From assembly GCA_030390025.1 (NCBI GenBank), contig CM059438.1, positions 64,978,001 to 65,042,000 of the forward strand: DNA of 64,000 bases, written 5' to 3'. This DNA comes from Squalus acanthias (Eukaryota). The stretch's first letter is position 1; each line of letters begins with the position of its first letter. Position numbers and translations under genes: made by a program. The notes below the pieces were generated by a model. The model was not told the origin of the DNA and searched no databases. It was given only the letters and a program-made list of their open reading frames with translations. Shown here piece by piece: positions 23,091 to 36,814 of this stretch.

Positions 23091-24645
23091 GGGGCCGGAA
23101 TTCTGTGGAGGATGGCAGATTAGGGGAGGGGTGGGGGGCTCCGAGGCGGTCGGGAAACCAGAGCCTGTTTTACATGTGAGGCCTCGGTTTTCCGCCAGAT
23201 TGAGAGGCTGGCTGGCTGCAGGCGGGTTGGCCTGCGGCAGCACAGAGGAGGGAGGGAGGGTTCGCGTGAGGGCCAGGCTGTTAAATGGATCAGGGGGTCG
23301 GGCAGAGGATCGGGGGTGGGGGAAGAGAGAATCTGGGCCGGATGATGGTGGGGGGGGGGGGGGGGGGGGGGCGTGGGGGTGAAGGGAATATCGTGGCCAG
23401 AGGATCAGATCCGGCCACCGGAGTATCGCTGTGGGTAGAGAAAATTGTGGCCGGCCGACCTGAGCATCATCGCTGGAGGGGGTGGAGGGGGGGTGTTGGG
23501 GTGGGGGTGGGAATGCCTGGGGGCGGTGATCGGAGGCCTTATGAGGAGGGGTGGGTTAGGCAGGGACCCTGGATCCAGGAGGTAGGTATAAAGGCACTTA
23601 TCTCCTGGATCCGGCAGACCCCATCTTGCTGTAACTGCCGAGTTTCACGAATTGTGTAAAACCCGTCCACATGCAGTTAAAAACAAAATGGAGGTTAATA
23701 AAAGAGGCTTCCAGCCTCATTATAATATTTAAATTGACATTCCGCCCCCTGGGAGTGGGTTCGTTGGCCCAGAAATTCCGTTCGCAGCCCTCCCGCGGAC
23801 GGAGGGCTGCGATTTGGAAAAATCTCCGCCTGGACCGGAGGGCTCCCAGGAGGCGCAGAGTTCCATTGCTGTGCCTCTTCAAACTGCCGGTGTGCAGGGC
23901 ACGCGTATCCCAGGGGCGCAGGCGGATCGCAGCGTCCCTGGGATCACGTGGGCCATGGGGAGCCAATCAGAGCAGGGAATCTCCATTCATAGATTTGACA
24001 GGAAGACCTGTCAAATCTGTGAATAGAGATCAGCCCCAAAACATAAGTAAAACTTCAAATAATTTTTTTTTAAAACATCACATTTTTAAAATGACTATAA
24101 ATTACATAAATTAACTATTTTAAACAAAAATTTAAATTTTTGAAAAAAATAATTAAAGTTTTTAACGGGGCTAAAAAAAACTTATCTTTCTTTAAAGTAT
24201 TTTAAAATGATAAATCAGTGGGAAAATTTTTTTTTTTTTACTTTCTTCAACTATTAGCCTGGTAAAAGCAGGCCTTGCGCCTGCTTTTCTAGGCGCAGCT
24301 GTTTCCGACTTACCTGGACTGAAGCAACTGTGAAAAAAACGGAAGTTTCTGCCGTACGCGCTGCATATCCGGCGCAGGCGTTTGTCCAGTCAAGCCCTTT
24401 CTGCAGAGAATGGAAGTTCCGGTTTCCAGCGCATGCGCAGTGCATGTGTAAAACCGGCACTTCCGTTGGCCCTACGGGTGAGAACACAGCGCGTACACAC
24501 CCGTAGGGAACGGAATTTCTAGGCCGTTAAAACCGGAAGTGGGCGGGTTGGAACCGAGGTCAGGTTCGGGAATCCCATTTTTAACAAATTAACTACCCCC
24601 CACCCTCCAAACTCACCCGTTTTTTTAAGGTTAAAATTCCCCCCC
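23091..24645. mobile_element. Outer Harbinger-type MITE containing a nested MITE
   Basis: Ends ggggccggaatt ... aaaattcccccc; GC-rich body with gcgggtt/aaccc subterminal motifs. Appears to split an older SINE-like sequence. Confidence 0.6.
23766..24525. mobile_element. Harbinger-type MITE (760 bp)
   Basis: 18-bp TIR GGCC(C/T)AGAAATTCCGTTC, 3-bp TSD GTT, AT-rich centre. Confidence 0.9.
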
Positions 24646-25984
24646 CCAGGAGTGGGAACTCTGGTGGGTTTATGTTTCTTTCTCTATTCCTGGGCCAGAA
24701 GAACTGAATCCGGTTGTAGCATCCCCTGCAACTACCAGGTATGATTATCTAGCTCGGAGCAGACCAGGGATGAACCTTGATGGCTCATTTCTACGTCTGT
24801 ATGGCTCAGTTCCATGCCGGGCAGTTGCTTTCTCAACTGAGCCATTGAAGGAGCCAACAAGTTTGAGGTTTCACTAATAGTTAGATGGAGTTGCAGTGTG
24901 AGTGATTGAGCAGGTTGAAGTACAAATATTACAACTTATTTTTTCTTTCGAAAAACGGTCTAGGAAGACTGCATCCTAGATTAACATTCCTTAGCATACC
25001 AGCTATCTGCACTCATCTGGATGGCACGAACAGATTTATTGAGACAGCCCTTGGCAATAAGCAGCTCCTGCAGTTTAATGAAACACCTCCGGATGAAGGC
25101 GTTGTCATTTAATAAAGACAGGAGCCATATTTTGCCTTCTGCACTTCAGTTAAACATAAGCTTGCTTCACAATTAACCTGGAAGCTTTAATTGTCTTTGA
25201 ATATCTTCACCAGGAATAATACAATGTCCTGAACCCTGCCCTTTATCACTATTTCTCTCAAAGAACTTAAATTAAAGCTAGGGCATCACTAATATAGGAT
25301 TCCTGTCTTGCCGAGGGGAAGGAGAGGCAAGAATCAGCCAGGATTCCCATTCCCCAGTACCAGACCAGCAACTTACATTGTATAGTATTTCAAAGCTGGG
25401 GAGGAGGGGAGTCCAGATGCGAGCAGGAAGTGGGAGAAGACTTGCGGGAGGCAGTTGCAGGCAAGGTTGAAGAGGTCGGTTTTGAGGAGCCTTTTGAAGG
25501 CAGGGAGCGATGAAGTAAGGCAGGTGGAATTTTGGGGAAGAATTTACAAGAGCAAGTCTGTGATAGCCGGAAAGCTCTGACACCAATGGTGAAGCAGACA
25601 GAAAGGAAGGATATACAGCAGTCCAGACTGAGAAGAGCTAAAGGTGCAAAGGGCAATATGACGCTGGAGATGGATTTAGAGGTAGGATTGAATGAGACTA
25701 TGGAGGAAGCAGATAAACAAGTCAAGGATTTTGAAATCAATATGTTGTGGCACAGGTTGTGAACATCAATGAGGACACAGTGATCGGTGAGTGGGATTTC
25801 ATTTAAGATAGGATAATTTACTTGACGAGACCTCCTCACGTGGATTAACACAAGAGCCAACCCTTTCATGACAGGTATCTCTGTTCCCCCTCAGGACTGT
25901 AAACTTGATTCAGGTCGTATGCATCAACACTTCATCTTTTTCAGTCTTTAGTGAAGAATGACCAGTTAATTTGTTTCTAATTGT

Positions 25985-26233
25985 TGGTTTAGGGATAAAT
26001 ATATTGGCAGGACACCAGGGAGATCTGCCCTGCTCTTCTTTCAATTGTGCCATGGGTTCTTTTACGTCCACCTGAGAGGGCAGATGGGGCCTTGGTTTAA
26101 CGTCTCATCCGCAAGAACGACACTCTCCCTCAGTACTGCACTCGAGAGTCAGCCTAGATTTTGTGCGCAAGTTTCTGGAGTGGGACTTGAACCATAACCT
26201 TTTGACTCCGAGACAAGAGTGCTACCAGTGAGC
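25985..26233 (-). mobile_element. DeuSINE fragment
   Basis: Homologous to 9476-9925. Confidence 0.8.
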
Positions 26234-27579
26234 AAAGTGTTACTGTTTTAACCATCTAAAATCTGAGAGGATATGGTGTGTTGCAAGATTCCAACATGTT
26301 CCTTTCACTTCTGGGATCAACAAGCAAATTTGACCCTGGACAAGATTGTCTGAGAGCTTTGTCCAAAGTAAGAAGGACAATAATAGGAGTGAGAAGAGAC
26401 CCATTCAGCTCACATCTTTATTTATTACTCAGGTCACACCCTTACAAACAACTTTCATCTACTTCCTACCTTGCTGCCAAACCTAAAATCCTCAACCTCC
26501 TGTTCATTTGGGAATAGATGAATTCCCTTTTTGAAAGCATCAACTGCACTCTGTGTCCATAAATTTAACAAAGTAAATGCAAACTACTGTAAGAGTCAAG
26601 AAGTAACTTTCCTCCATCTGGTGGCTGTCAAGACAAGGGGAAATTAATTAAAAATCTTGATCCAACTGTGATCTTACATAAATGTATTGTGCAGAATAAA
26701 ATGGCATTCAGACGGGTCACCAATTAGCGCCTTTATTTGATCAATCATTGGAAATGAAAGCTAGATAAATGGAATTCATAACTGTCTTGTGGAGGCCTCT
26801 CCACTGAGGCTCCACGTGAGGCCTACTACCACTATGATAAAGTGGGAAAATCTCACTGTTGTTTATTGCCTGACTTTCAGCACTGCCGCCCTTCACTGAA
26901 ATATGCATCCTTAAAAAAAAATCACCTTATGTGGTCAGTCAATAGACAGCAGAATACCAAGGTCTAATCTCCTTTGTCTTAAAATGTCGCCGTTTCCAAA
27001 GCTGTTGATGCCTCTGGCACTGCGTTGCTTTATTTTGGAGCAGGTGCCCACCGGCGACAGTTTTAAAAAAAAAAGTGACAGCCTCAGCAGGATTAACACA
27101 AAATCCAATCGCAAGCTGAGCAGTTCTGGACACCCTGCCTTTCATGATTAATTACTCTCCCTCTGCGTTACGAGAAAACTTGGCAGACGGGAGGCTTCAA
27201 CCCCTGTTAATGATGGAGGCTGAAGTGCAAAAAGTAACTCGAGCTTTTGTCAGATTGGGGTCACATGCAATGAACGTAGTTTTATTCGCTCACCTTTGGC
27301 ATCTCACGCACATGCACATGTCAGTAAGCTGGAAATGTGATACGAGCCATTTGCCAGAATAATATCTATAATTATTGAAGATCCACATTAGGCTGTTGTT
27401 GAACATGAAAAGTAATGCGTTTGTGTTTAAACGCACTCTTTAAGAAGATCATTTCTCATGGCAGAGTTTAAAAAGAAGTTTCTTTTTCGGTGTTTGAATA
27501 AAGATGTTCTGTTTGCATTGCCTTATCGTGCACATATTTTCAGATATCACCTGTTGTTGCACAGGGGTTGAAAGAAGGC

Positions 27580-27830
27580 TCCACCATTTGCAGCCGTGCC
27601 TGGAGCTACCTAGGCCCTGAGTTCTGGAATTCCCTCCCTAAATCTGTTCACCTCCCTACCTCTCCTCCTTCAAGATGCTCCTTAAAAACTACCTCTTTGA
27701 CCAAGCTTTTGGTCACCTGTCCTAATATCTCCTTATGTGGCTCGGTGTCAACTTTTGTTAGTTAATTGCTCCTGTGAAGCACCTTGGGATGTTTTACTGC
27801 ATTGAAGGTGCTATCTAAATGCAAGTAGTC
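27580..27830 (+). mobile_element. L2 3' end
   Basis: ctggaattccctccctaa...tttgaccaagcttttggtcacctgtcctaatatctcc. Confidence 0.85.
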
Positions 27831-28272
27831 GCTGGACGTAAGCACGCAAGGGCAGATCCTGGTGAAGGTCAGGACCGATGGCGCATGTGCGATCAGGCCC
27901 AATTTCAACGGTGAGAGGAAAATATGGAAAATTGTTATGGGAGAGTTGAAAACCAGAGTGTGCGACAGCAGAAAAAGGAGGCAATGAAAGAAAGGGGCAA
28001 TTTTTCTTCAATGTGAGCGGGTTGTGCTTGTGCGACTTGGATTGGCTATAATACAATGAAGTAAGGAACAAAAGCCATGGGGAGGAAGTTAAGCTGGTGA
28101 TAAGGAAGAAAATTGAATCCCTAGGCCAGGAAGCACAGGTTGGCTTCTGGAAAGAAAGGGCAGTGTAGGAATGGGCAATACCGTAGAGGTCAATATATGA
28201 GTAACTTTCATGATTCTAAGCGGAATTATAATTTTTTTTATTGGTTTGTTATCTTACAGATGTTACTTATAT

Positions 28273-28748
28273 CGGTTGATTCCTGAGATGAGGGGGTTGA
28301 CTTATGAGGAAAGGTTGAGTAGGTTGGGCCTATACTCATTGGAATTTAGAAGAATGAGAGGTGATCTTATTGAAACATATAAGATACTGAGGGGGCTCGA
28401 CAAGGTAGATGCAGAGAGGATGTTTCCCCTCGTGGGGAAAACTAGAACTCGGTGGCATAGTTTCAGAATAAATGGTCGCCCTTTTAGAACTGAGATGAGG
28501 AGGAATTTCTTCTCTGAGGGTCGTAAATCTGTGGAATTCTCTGCCCCAGAGAGCCGTGGAGGCTGGGTCATTAAATACATTTAAGGTGGAGATAGACAGA
28601 TTTTTGCAAGATAAGGGAGTGAAAGGTTATGGGGAACGGGCGGGGAAGTGGCTTTGAGCCCAAGATCAGCCATGATCTTATTGAATGGCGGAGCAGGCTC
28701 GAGGGGCCAAGTGGCCTATTCCTGCTCCTATTTCTCATGTTCTTATAT
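28273..28748 (+). mobile_element. CR1 3' fragment
   Basis: Encodes LTYEERLSRLGLYSLEFRRMRGDLIETYKI and carries the CR1 3'UTR. Confidence 0.92.
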
Positions 28749-28756
28749 GGCTATCT

Positions 28757-29095
28757 ACAACAGCAACTTGCATTTAATGTCGAAAAATATCCCAAGGTGC
28801 TTCGTAGAAGCTTAATAAGATAACAATTGACGCCAAGCTAAAGAAGGATACAGGGTTAGGAGGGATGACCAAAAGCTTGAATTTTGGGTGGGTTTTAGAG
28901 GGGACTTTAAAGGAAGAAAGGGAGATGGAGAGGCAGAGAGGTTTTACAGGGTTAGGAATAGGCGGCCTTCATAATGGAGAGGATAATTGGTTGGAAGCTT
29001 AGGGTGAAATAAGACACCGATGTTGCGAACAGTCTAGTTCAACCTGAGACGGTGGCTGGGGGGGGAGACAGAAACGTTGGCAAGATCACAGAGTT
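28757..29095 (-). mobile_element. Decayed L2 3' fragment
   Basis: caacagcaacttgcattt tail; degenerate match to 47771-48000. Confidence 0.6.
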
Positions 29096-29830
29096 CATGG
29101 CAGAGCGTTGAAGCTAGTGGCTTCAGGAAACTTCTCTTCCCTCTTTTCTTTCTCTTGTATATCAGTAATTAGGCTTGCTCCTCCAGGCTCCACAGAACCG
29201 GCCTGGGCAACTGCCACTCCAGCTCCCCCTCTCCACAGACCGACCTTCTTTTGTGGTAGCCCTGGGCTGGGGCGGGGGGCCGCCCCAGAATGCTCCATTT
29301 CCGCCCGCAGCCAGCCAGCCCAATACTAATGAGGCTCAGCGCTTAAAATGGTGTTGGGATTGATTCCACGTTTGGTTTAATCGAGCATTTTACACACACG
29401 AGGGAGAAATTACTGACACTCTATTCATTTATTTTGCTTTTCCTCAGCAACTGCATGAAATAATTGGACATATATCGATCTTAAAATTGTTAGCTGATGA
29501 AAGCAGATTTGAAAAAGAAAACTTTCAGAATTCCCCCCCAAAATTTTGAGCAACTTAAGAAAAATCTCACACCTTTTATAATTTTGTTCTTTATGGACAC
29601 TTGATAATAAGTGAAGGATTTTATTTACTGGCCTTATTTTTTTTTCTGTCAGTTTTCTGCTCTTCCCTCCCCCGAAGTCACTGGCGTACCGACCTCTACC
29701 TAGCGGAAGTTGAACGCCAACTCTCCGACACCTCCTCCTACCTCCACCTGGACCATGACCCCACTACTGAACATCAAGCCACCGTTTCCAAGACTGTCAC
29801 TGGCCTCATCTGCTCTGGAGATCTTCCCCC

Positions 29831-31452
29831 TGTAGGGGGTGGTGTGTGGGGGTCAGCCTCACCTCTGACTCAGTGAGCGGTTCGAATCGCTCCCACTCCC
29901 CTGGTTCTAGACCTTGGACTTATTTAGGGGTTATGAATAAAGATGCAGTAGACAACAGGTTCTGATGAAAGAATTTTGACTTTATTAAAAGAAAAAAAGT
30001 AACAAACTTAAAACACACTTAATGCTTAAAACACAGGTTGGGGAACGCATGGTGCAGGCGAGGGAGAATGACAATATACAAAACCCTTATCCCTCCCAAA
30101 AATCCCACTATCTAGCTAGGTTTTGGTTTCATGAGATCAGGGATAATGCTCACCAAACAGGGGTTTTGACAGTTCAAAATCCAGCCAGGTAAGTTAATTG
30201 CGATTTTGAGGTACTCTCTTTTTGTCCTTTCGGGCCTGTGGTACCACGTGGTACCGGTCTGTGAAACCTACGAGGGCTCCTCAGTCAGGTGGAGTCCGCA
30301 GATGCGGTAGGGTGCGGTTATGGATTTTTCTGGTAAGTACCCAATTTTCTTTGATAGAAATAGGGAAAGTAAAGTTTTTGTTGGATACTTTAGCTTGTAG
30401 AGTGGAAACTTCGGGTTTTGTTCTTCCAATGGTGGTCTGGTCGTCGAGTTTTGTTGCATTGGAGGCCTGTCGGGGCGGTACCTTCTGGGGCTGGACCGTG
30501 GGTTGAGCGATGCCGACTCGCTCCCAGCCTCCAGTGACCTTGGCTAGTGGCTGCTAGTGCTAGACCGTGTGCTGAGCGATGCCGACTCGCTCCCAGTGGT
30601 CTCAGCTCTAGCCCTTGCCTGGCCTTGTCTGTCCTTGCCTCCGATCTCGCCCCGGGTCGGCCTCATAGCTTGCTGCTTCTCTCCTACCCCTGCTAATGTC
30701 GTGTGGCTTGTAGTGTCTTGCTGGAACTTGCTGCAACTAACTTTCTTGGGGGATAAGGCCCTCAATTATACTGTTCAGGCCCTTTGTCTTTTTCGCGCCA
30801 AAACCCCTTTACTAAATCGGTTTCGTGTTGAAGTGATTTAGGTTTCAGTTGAGGCCTGTTCATTCCATTGTCTTAGTTTTTGCGGGCTTGTTAAGTTTTG
30901 ATGGTTTTAACTTGGTGTTAAATTGTCCTGATGGCTTCCGATGTCTCCCATTTAGGCAGGGCCTTTATCTATGCATCAAATCTTGTCCCTATAGATACCT
31001 GGCTGATTGGTTTTTGATTAAGTAATGGCTGTACTAGATATTTTATTGTTTACAGGCTTCTGGCATCCTGTTTGGGCCTGGGGATATTCAAAAGGTGTCT
31101 TGAATTATTCAATTTTGGATGTGTTGTGAGGTTTTGGGTAAGGTTCTTCCTCCTGCCTGGATTGCAGTGCAAACAAATTCCAGACAGCTTGATGCCGAAA
31201 GCTGTCCACTGCCTCGCCACACCCCCTCGCAGCCTGTCTTGTGTCTGTGAAAGGTGTTTTTCCCCATAGTCATTTTCAAAAGTCATTTTTCCACAGGGTT
31301 TTTCTTCCCTGATCTTTAAAATGTCCAAAACTGAGGTTTTTACCTCAAATCACTTCACTTAGGTCCCATCATCCCAAATTCGTAGGAAAAATCTAAAAAT
31401 CACCCCTTTTAGGGTTCTATACGAGTTTCTGGGGAATTTTGCGAAGCTTATA
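29831..31452 (-). mobile_element. Solo LTR B (1622 bp)
   Basis: Inserted in a C-run of the Penelope ORF: 5 C on each side where the reading frame needs 6, implying a 4-bp TSD. Termini TATAAG...CCTACA on minus; TATAA at 30766-30770 and AATAAA at 29981-29986 on minus; U5 block shared with LTRs A and C. Confidence 0.82.
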
Positions 31453-33073
31453 CCCCCACGGCCGCCAACCTCATAGTTCCCCAACCCCGCACAGCCCGCT
31501 TCTACCTCTTTCCCAAGATCCACAAACAGGACTGCCCTGGTAGACCCATCGTTTCAGCCTGTTCTTGCCCCACAGAACTTATCTCTTCCTATCTCGACTC
31601 TATTTTTTCTCCCCTTGTCCAGTCTCTTCCCACCTACATCCGCGACTCTTCCGACGCCCTCTGCCACTTTAACAGTTTCCAGTTTCCTGGCCCCAACCGC
31701 CTCCTTTTCACTATGGACGTACAATCCCTCTACACTTTCATCCCCCACCAGGATGGCCTGAGGGCGCTCCGCTTCTTCCTTGAACAGAGGCCCAACCAGT
31801 CCCTATCCACCACCTCCTCCGCCTGGCTGAACTTGTTCTCACATTGAACAACTTTTCCTTTGACTCCACTCATTTCCTCCAAATCAAAGGTGTTGCTATG
31901 GGTACCCGCATGGGTCCTAACTATGCCTGCCTTTTCGTGGGATATGTGGAACACTCTTTGTTCCAATCCTACTCGGGTCCCCTCCCTCACCTCTTTTTCC
32001 GGTACATTGATGACTTTATCGGTGCCATCTCCTGCTCTCGCCCTGAACTAGAAAATTTCATTCACTATGCTTCCAATTTCCACCCTTCCCTCACCTTCAC
32101 ATGGTCCATCTCCGACTCTTCCCTTTCCTTCCTCGACTTCTCCGTCTTCATCTCTGGGGATAGGTTATTGACAAACATTCACTACAAGCCCACTGACTCC
32201 CACAGCTACCTGGACTACACTTCCTCCCACCCCGCCTCCTGTAAGGACTCTATTCCATTCTCCCAGTTTCTCCGTCTCCGCCGCATCTGCTCTGACGATG
32301 CCACCTTCCATACCAGTGCTTGCGACATGTCTTCCTTTTTCCTCAACCGAGGATTCCCCTCTACTGTGGTTGACACGGCCCTCGACCGTGTCCGTTCTAT
32401 CTCCCGCACTTCCGCCCTCACCCCTGCCCCTCCCTCCCGGAACCATGATAGAGTTCCCCTTGTCCTCACCTTTCACCCCACCAGCCTCCACATTCAACGG
32501 ATCATCCTCTGCCATTTCCGCCACCTCCAGCGTGATCCCACCACCAAATGCATCTTCCCCTCACCTCCCCTTTCAGCATTCCATAGGGACCGCTCCCTCC
32601 GCGACACCCTAGTCCACTCCTCTGCCACCCCCAGCACCCCTTCCCCTTCACCCAGCACCTTCCCGTGCAAGCGCAGGAGATGCAACACATGCCCTTATAC
32701 CTCCCCCCTTCCCACTGTCCAGGGCCCCAAACACCCCTTCCAGGTGAAACAGTGATTTACTTGTACTTCCTGCAATTTAGTATACTGTATTCGCTGCTCA
32801 CGGTGTGGTCTCCTCTACATTGGGGAGACCAAACGCAGATTGGGTGACCGCTTTGCGGAACACCTCCGTTCAGTCCGTAAGGGGGACCCCGAGCTCTCGG
32901 TGGCCTGTCACTTTAATTCTCCGCTCCACTCCCACTCTGACCTCACCGTCCTCGTCCTCTTGCATTGTTCCACGGAAGCTCAGCGTAAGCTCGAGGAACA
33001 GCACCTCATCTTTCGATTAGGCACCCTACAGCCCTCTGGACTCAACATAGAGTTCAACAATTTCAGATCATAA
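31453..33073 (+). pseudogene. Penelope RT/GIY-YIG ORF (frameshift near 31815, TGA at 32753)
   Basis: ORFs 31844-32755 and 32840-33073 are in the same frame across a single TGA. Confidence 0.9.
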
Positions 33074-33398
33074 CCCCGGCCCCCATCACATATATATATA
33101 TTTTTATTTTACTTTTTATCCACACTTTTGTTTGGCCTTTTTTTCTTCCCTCCCAGAAGCTGGCAGCTGTCCTTCATTCTGCCAGCGCATTTCACACTTC
33201 ATCCAGAGCCATCCTTTGTTCCTTAACCTGTCCCATTACCACCTCCTCTTGCCTTGAATATCTCTTAATGTCTCTCAATGTCTCTTAATCTCTCCTGCTT
33301 TCTATCCTATCACTGACCTTCCCTTTTGTTCTCTCATACCCTCCCCCTTTTCCCAGCCCTAAACTTGCTTTAAAATCTATTTCATTTCCTGCTTTTTT

Positions 33399-33440
33399 CC
33401 AGTTCTGACGAAAGGTCTTTGACCTGAAACGTTTACTCTG
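33399..33440 (+). ncRNA. Minimal type I hammerhead ribozyme motif in the Penelope terminal repeat
   Basis: ccagtt-CTGACGA-a-AGGTC-ttt-GACCT-GAAA-cgtt-tactctg: catalytic core, stem II and palindromic ACGT stem III. Confidence 0.72.
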
Positions 33441-34099
33441 TTTCTCTCTCCATGGATGCTGCCTGGCCTGCTGAGTTTTTCCAGCGTTTTCTGTTGTTAT
33501 TTCGGATTTCCAGCATCCGCAGTATTTTGCTATCGTTCTCAATGAATTTCTTGCTGGGGTCCAGTTCCTCACGGCCCCCAGGCACCTTCTGGAACCTCCC
33601 TCGGTTTGGCCATTATCCATGTTGACAGTGAGTGTTGGCCGAGGCATCGCTGCCAAGCTCAACCCTATCCTCTCTCCTGTGCCCTTGCCAGCCAAGGTTT
33701 GCAGTAAAAATATGATGAGAAGTAGGAACCCTGAGGGACTTTCCCCTCTTTAAGCCCGAGGCACTGAGGTGGCGACCGGCCCACTTCTCTGACTGAGATC
33801 AGCCAACTCAGCACAGATTGGACAGCTGAACCTCGGGGTTGTGTGCTGAGCTGCTCACTGCATGAACTGGCTGAAGTCCCACACTTATAACTGAAGTGAG
33901 AGACAATTGCTGTAATACCTGGAAAGCACATTGATCAGCATCGAAGAAAGAGCGATCAAGTTAACATTACAGATGGGACCTTTCATCAGAACTGTCACCC
34001 TCAGCTTGGAGATGTTCCATTGCAGGATCAGCGAGGAGAAGTCAGGACACACTCAGGGTAAACTGAGAGGGAAAGGAGGGGGGAAAACAGGTAGAAAAC

Positions 34100-34491
34100 A
34101 AGAAACATAGAAACATAGAAGATAGGAGCAGGAGCAGGCCATTCAGCCCCTCGAGCCTGCTCCGCCATTCAATGAGATCATGGCTGATCATCCAAATTCA
34201 GTACCCTGTCCCTGCCTTCTCTCCATATCCCTTGATCTCTTTAGCTTTAAGAAATATATCTAACTCCTTCTTGAATATATTTAATGAATTGGCCTCTACT
34301 GCCTTCTGTGGTAGAGAATTCCACAGGTTCACCACTCTCTGGGTGAAGAAATTCCTCCTCATCTCAGTCCTAAATGGCTTACCCCTTATCCTTAGACTTT
34401 GACCCCTGGTTCTGGACTCCCCGGCAATCGGGAACATTCTTCCTGCATCTAGTCTGTCTAGTCCTGTTAGAATTTTATAAGTTTCAATGAG
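34100..34491 (-). mobile_element. CR1 3' fragment
   Basis: ORF 34198-34515 (LIETYKILTGLDRLDAGRMF...LWNSLP); (ACATAGAA)n tail. Confidence 0.93.
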
Positions 34492-34792
34492 AAGAAGGGC
34501 AAGGTTCAGCAGCAAAGGTTAGGAACAAAAGAGATGGCGAAGGGAGACGTGGAACCTGTTTAGGTCTGACATTCAAAGAAGAGAAATGGCAGTGAATTGA
34601 ATAGCAAACAAAAAGAAACACATAACATATTTTATTGATTGTCAAGTCTAACACCCTGAAGGCAAATAGTTATTTTAAATACAATAATTAAACATGTTAA
34701 TATCACAATATTGAATTGCCTGGTGTTGGGAATGGAGAATTTTGTGCAATTAAACAACCTTCAGTACCATGAATGGAGGGATTGGACTCTTA

Positions 34793-35627
34793 GGGCTGGA
34801 TTTTCAATGACCCGTGGAGTCGGGTTTGGAGGTGTGTGGGGGGGCTAAAGTTGCAGATTCGGGGGTCCCGACCCCATCCCGCCTCCAACCCGCCTCCATG
34901 CCAGTTTCGCTGGCGGCAGGTACCCGACCTGTGCTGGGACCCGACTCCCCGAGGCAGGAAGGGATTAGTGACAATTAACTGCCTGTTAACAGGCAGTTTT
35001 TTGGATAATCCCTATTTTAAAAGTTGAAATGTGGGCTTCCTGACAGGTGGCAACCACGCCAAGTAATCGGGGCAGGACCGTGGGTCTGCAGGGGTCGGAG
35101 GGGTCGATATGTCCGGTCGGCAGGTGAGTGATGGGTGCATGTGTGCAGAGGTAAGTGTGTAAGGTAAGTGCAAAGTGTGGGAAAAAGTTTTACTTACCTT
35201 AACTTCCTCCTGCAGATGTCAGCCCTTCAGTTCTCGGGAGTCAGAAATCTCACCGGCACAGAAAGCAGAAAAGCCGTGGTCCTGTCAAAAACTGCAGCCT
35301 TCTGTTTTCTGTGGTGGAATGATTGCTAACTCAGCCTGAGAGGAAGGACTGAAGTTAGAAATCATATTGTCAGTGTTTGACAGCTACACAGAGCTGTCAA
35401 ACGCTGATATTTCATCTGTCAAAAGCTCTTGACAGATGAAATGTCAATCTGTGACGTCACCTGTTGCCGGGTGGCCCTTAATTGGCCTGCTGAGCCCACT
35501 GGGCGGGCTCAACAAGGTTAATCAAGGGAAAATACAGTGGGTTGGCCACATCTCGATGGAGGCGGGTCTACAAGCCAGGATGTGTGATTCACGACACCAA
35601 CCCGACCCCAGATTCAAAATCCAGCCC
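34793..35627. mobile_element. Harbinger-type MITE (835 bp)
   Basis: Perfect 12-bp TIR GGGCTGGATTTT and TTA TSD (34790-34792 / 35628-35630). Confidence 0.92.
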
Positions 35628-36391
35628 TTAATACGATCCCATATTATAAACATTTAGATTTCTGTATCTGGCCTGACAGTTTCCAAAAGAAAGCAAAGAA
35701 ATGGCAATGCGTTGAAATACTAAAGGCTTTCAATTCTCAGTCGGTTTTATTTAACTCTAGGAAGCAGTGTATTCCCCAGTCTTGGGAAATCAGTGCCAAT
35801 TTGACTGGAGCTGCACAGTCCAGGCGAGCAAATAGTTATAAAATACAGAAACAAATAACCAGGGATTGCTCTGAAGGTTAAGTTCTTAATAAAGGAGTAA
35901 TTTATATGTGTATGTAACATGTGTTTAATACATCAGGTTATATTTATATAGGAATTAATGGATGCAATATCAGAACTTTGAACTCTCATGCAATTAAGTC
36001 AATTTGGCAACCTCGCTCTGGTTCCGAGTGGGTGCGAGTCCAAAGCTCAAAGCTATCCAAATTCTACAAGCACTAATTGGGATTAAATTAGCTTCTTCTT
36101 TCAGACAGGGCACAAGGATTGCTTTTGTGGAGAATGGAAAATTCCCACTGGCGCTCGCTCTATTCATGTCCTAGACAAGAGCTATTGTCAGGACAGACTT
36201 AGAAGGTTTCACTCAGCATCTGCTCCATGACCTCGGCCATTTTGATACTGAGACTGGTTGCAAAAAAAAAAATTTCAGGTCCCTTAGCATTGACATCTTT
36301 CACCTGAATGAGCAGGAGTACTAGCCTGGAATGTTAGAAACTACATTGCATTGATGGTTTAATGAGGTAACATCACTGCCCAATGTGAAAT

Positions 36392-36422
<31 letters not shown>

Positions 36423-36814
36423 CCAGGGCGATCCAAGTTGCAATCTCCATTCTGTGCTAAGTCAGCCATGCACAGCCCTCAGCTTCTCTGGGATGGTAAA
36501 AGGGCAAATATAAGACAAGGTTTCCACTCCTGCTTGGGGTGAGCCTGATGGTCCAGAGTCAAACAACCTAGCAACACCAACAGTCTGGCCTTACACATAA
36601 GGAATAGCCACCTGGGTGAGTGCTTCGACCATGCACGGAAATCTACTGCAGCAGGAGCCAGCACTTTCAGAGGAGATGGAAGAGAACAGGAGGGATACAA
36701 CAAAAGAAATTGCATTAACTAGGGGAATACATTATTAGAAATATTACATAAAACTGTTATATTTTGAAACTGAAGATTTTTGTTGACTAGTTAGATTTTA
36801 TATCAGAGAATCAT

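Larger units (their letters stand above)
29681..33531 (+). mobile_element. Penelope-like retroelement (5'-truncated, Neptune-type), split by solo LTR B
   Basis: RT motifs LFPKIHK..PGRPIVS, MDVQSLYT, GVAMGTRMGP, RYIDD; Cys linker CKRRRCNTC; GIY-YIG endonuclease (VYCIRCSRCGLLYIGET..RL..RF.EH); 3' terminal repeat to about 33531. Confidence 0.93.
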
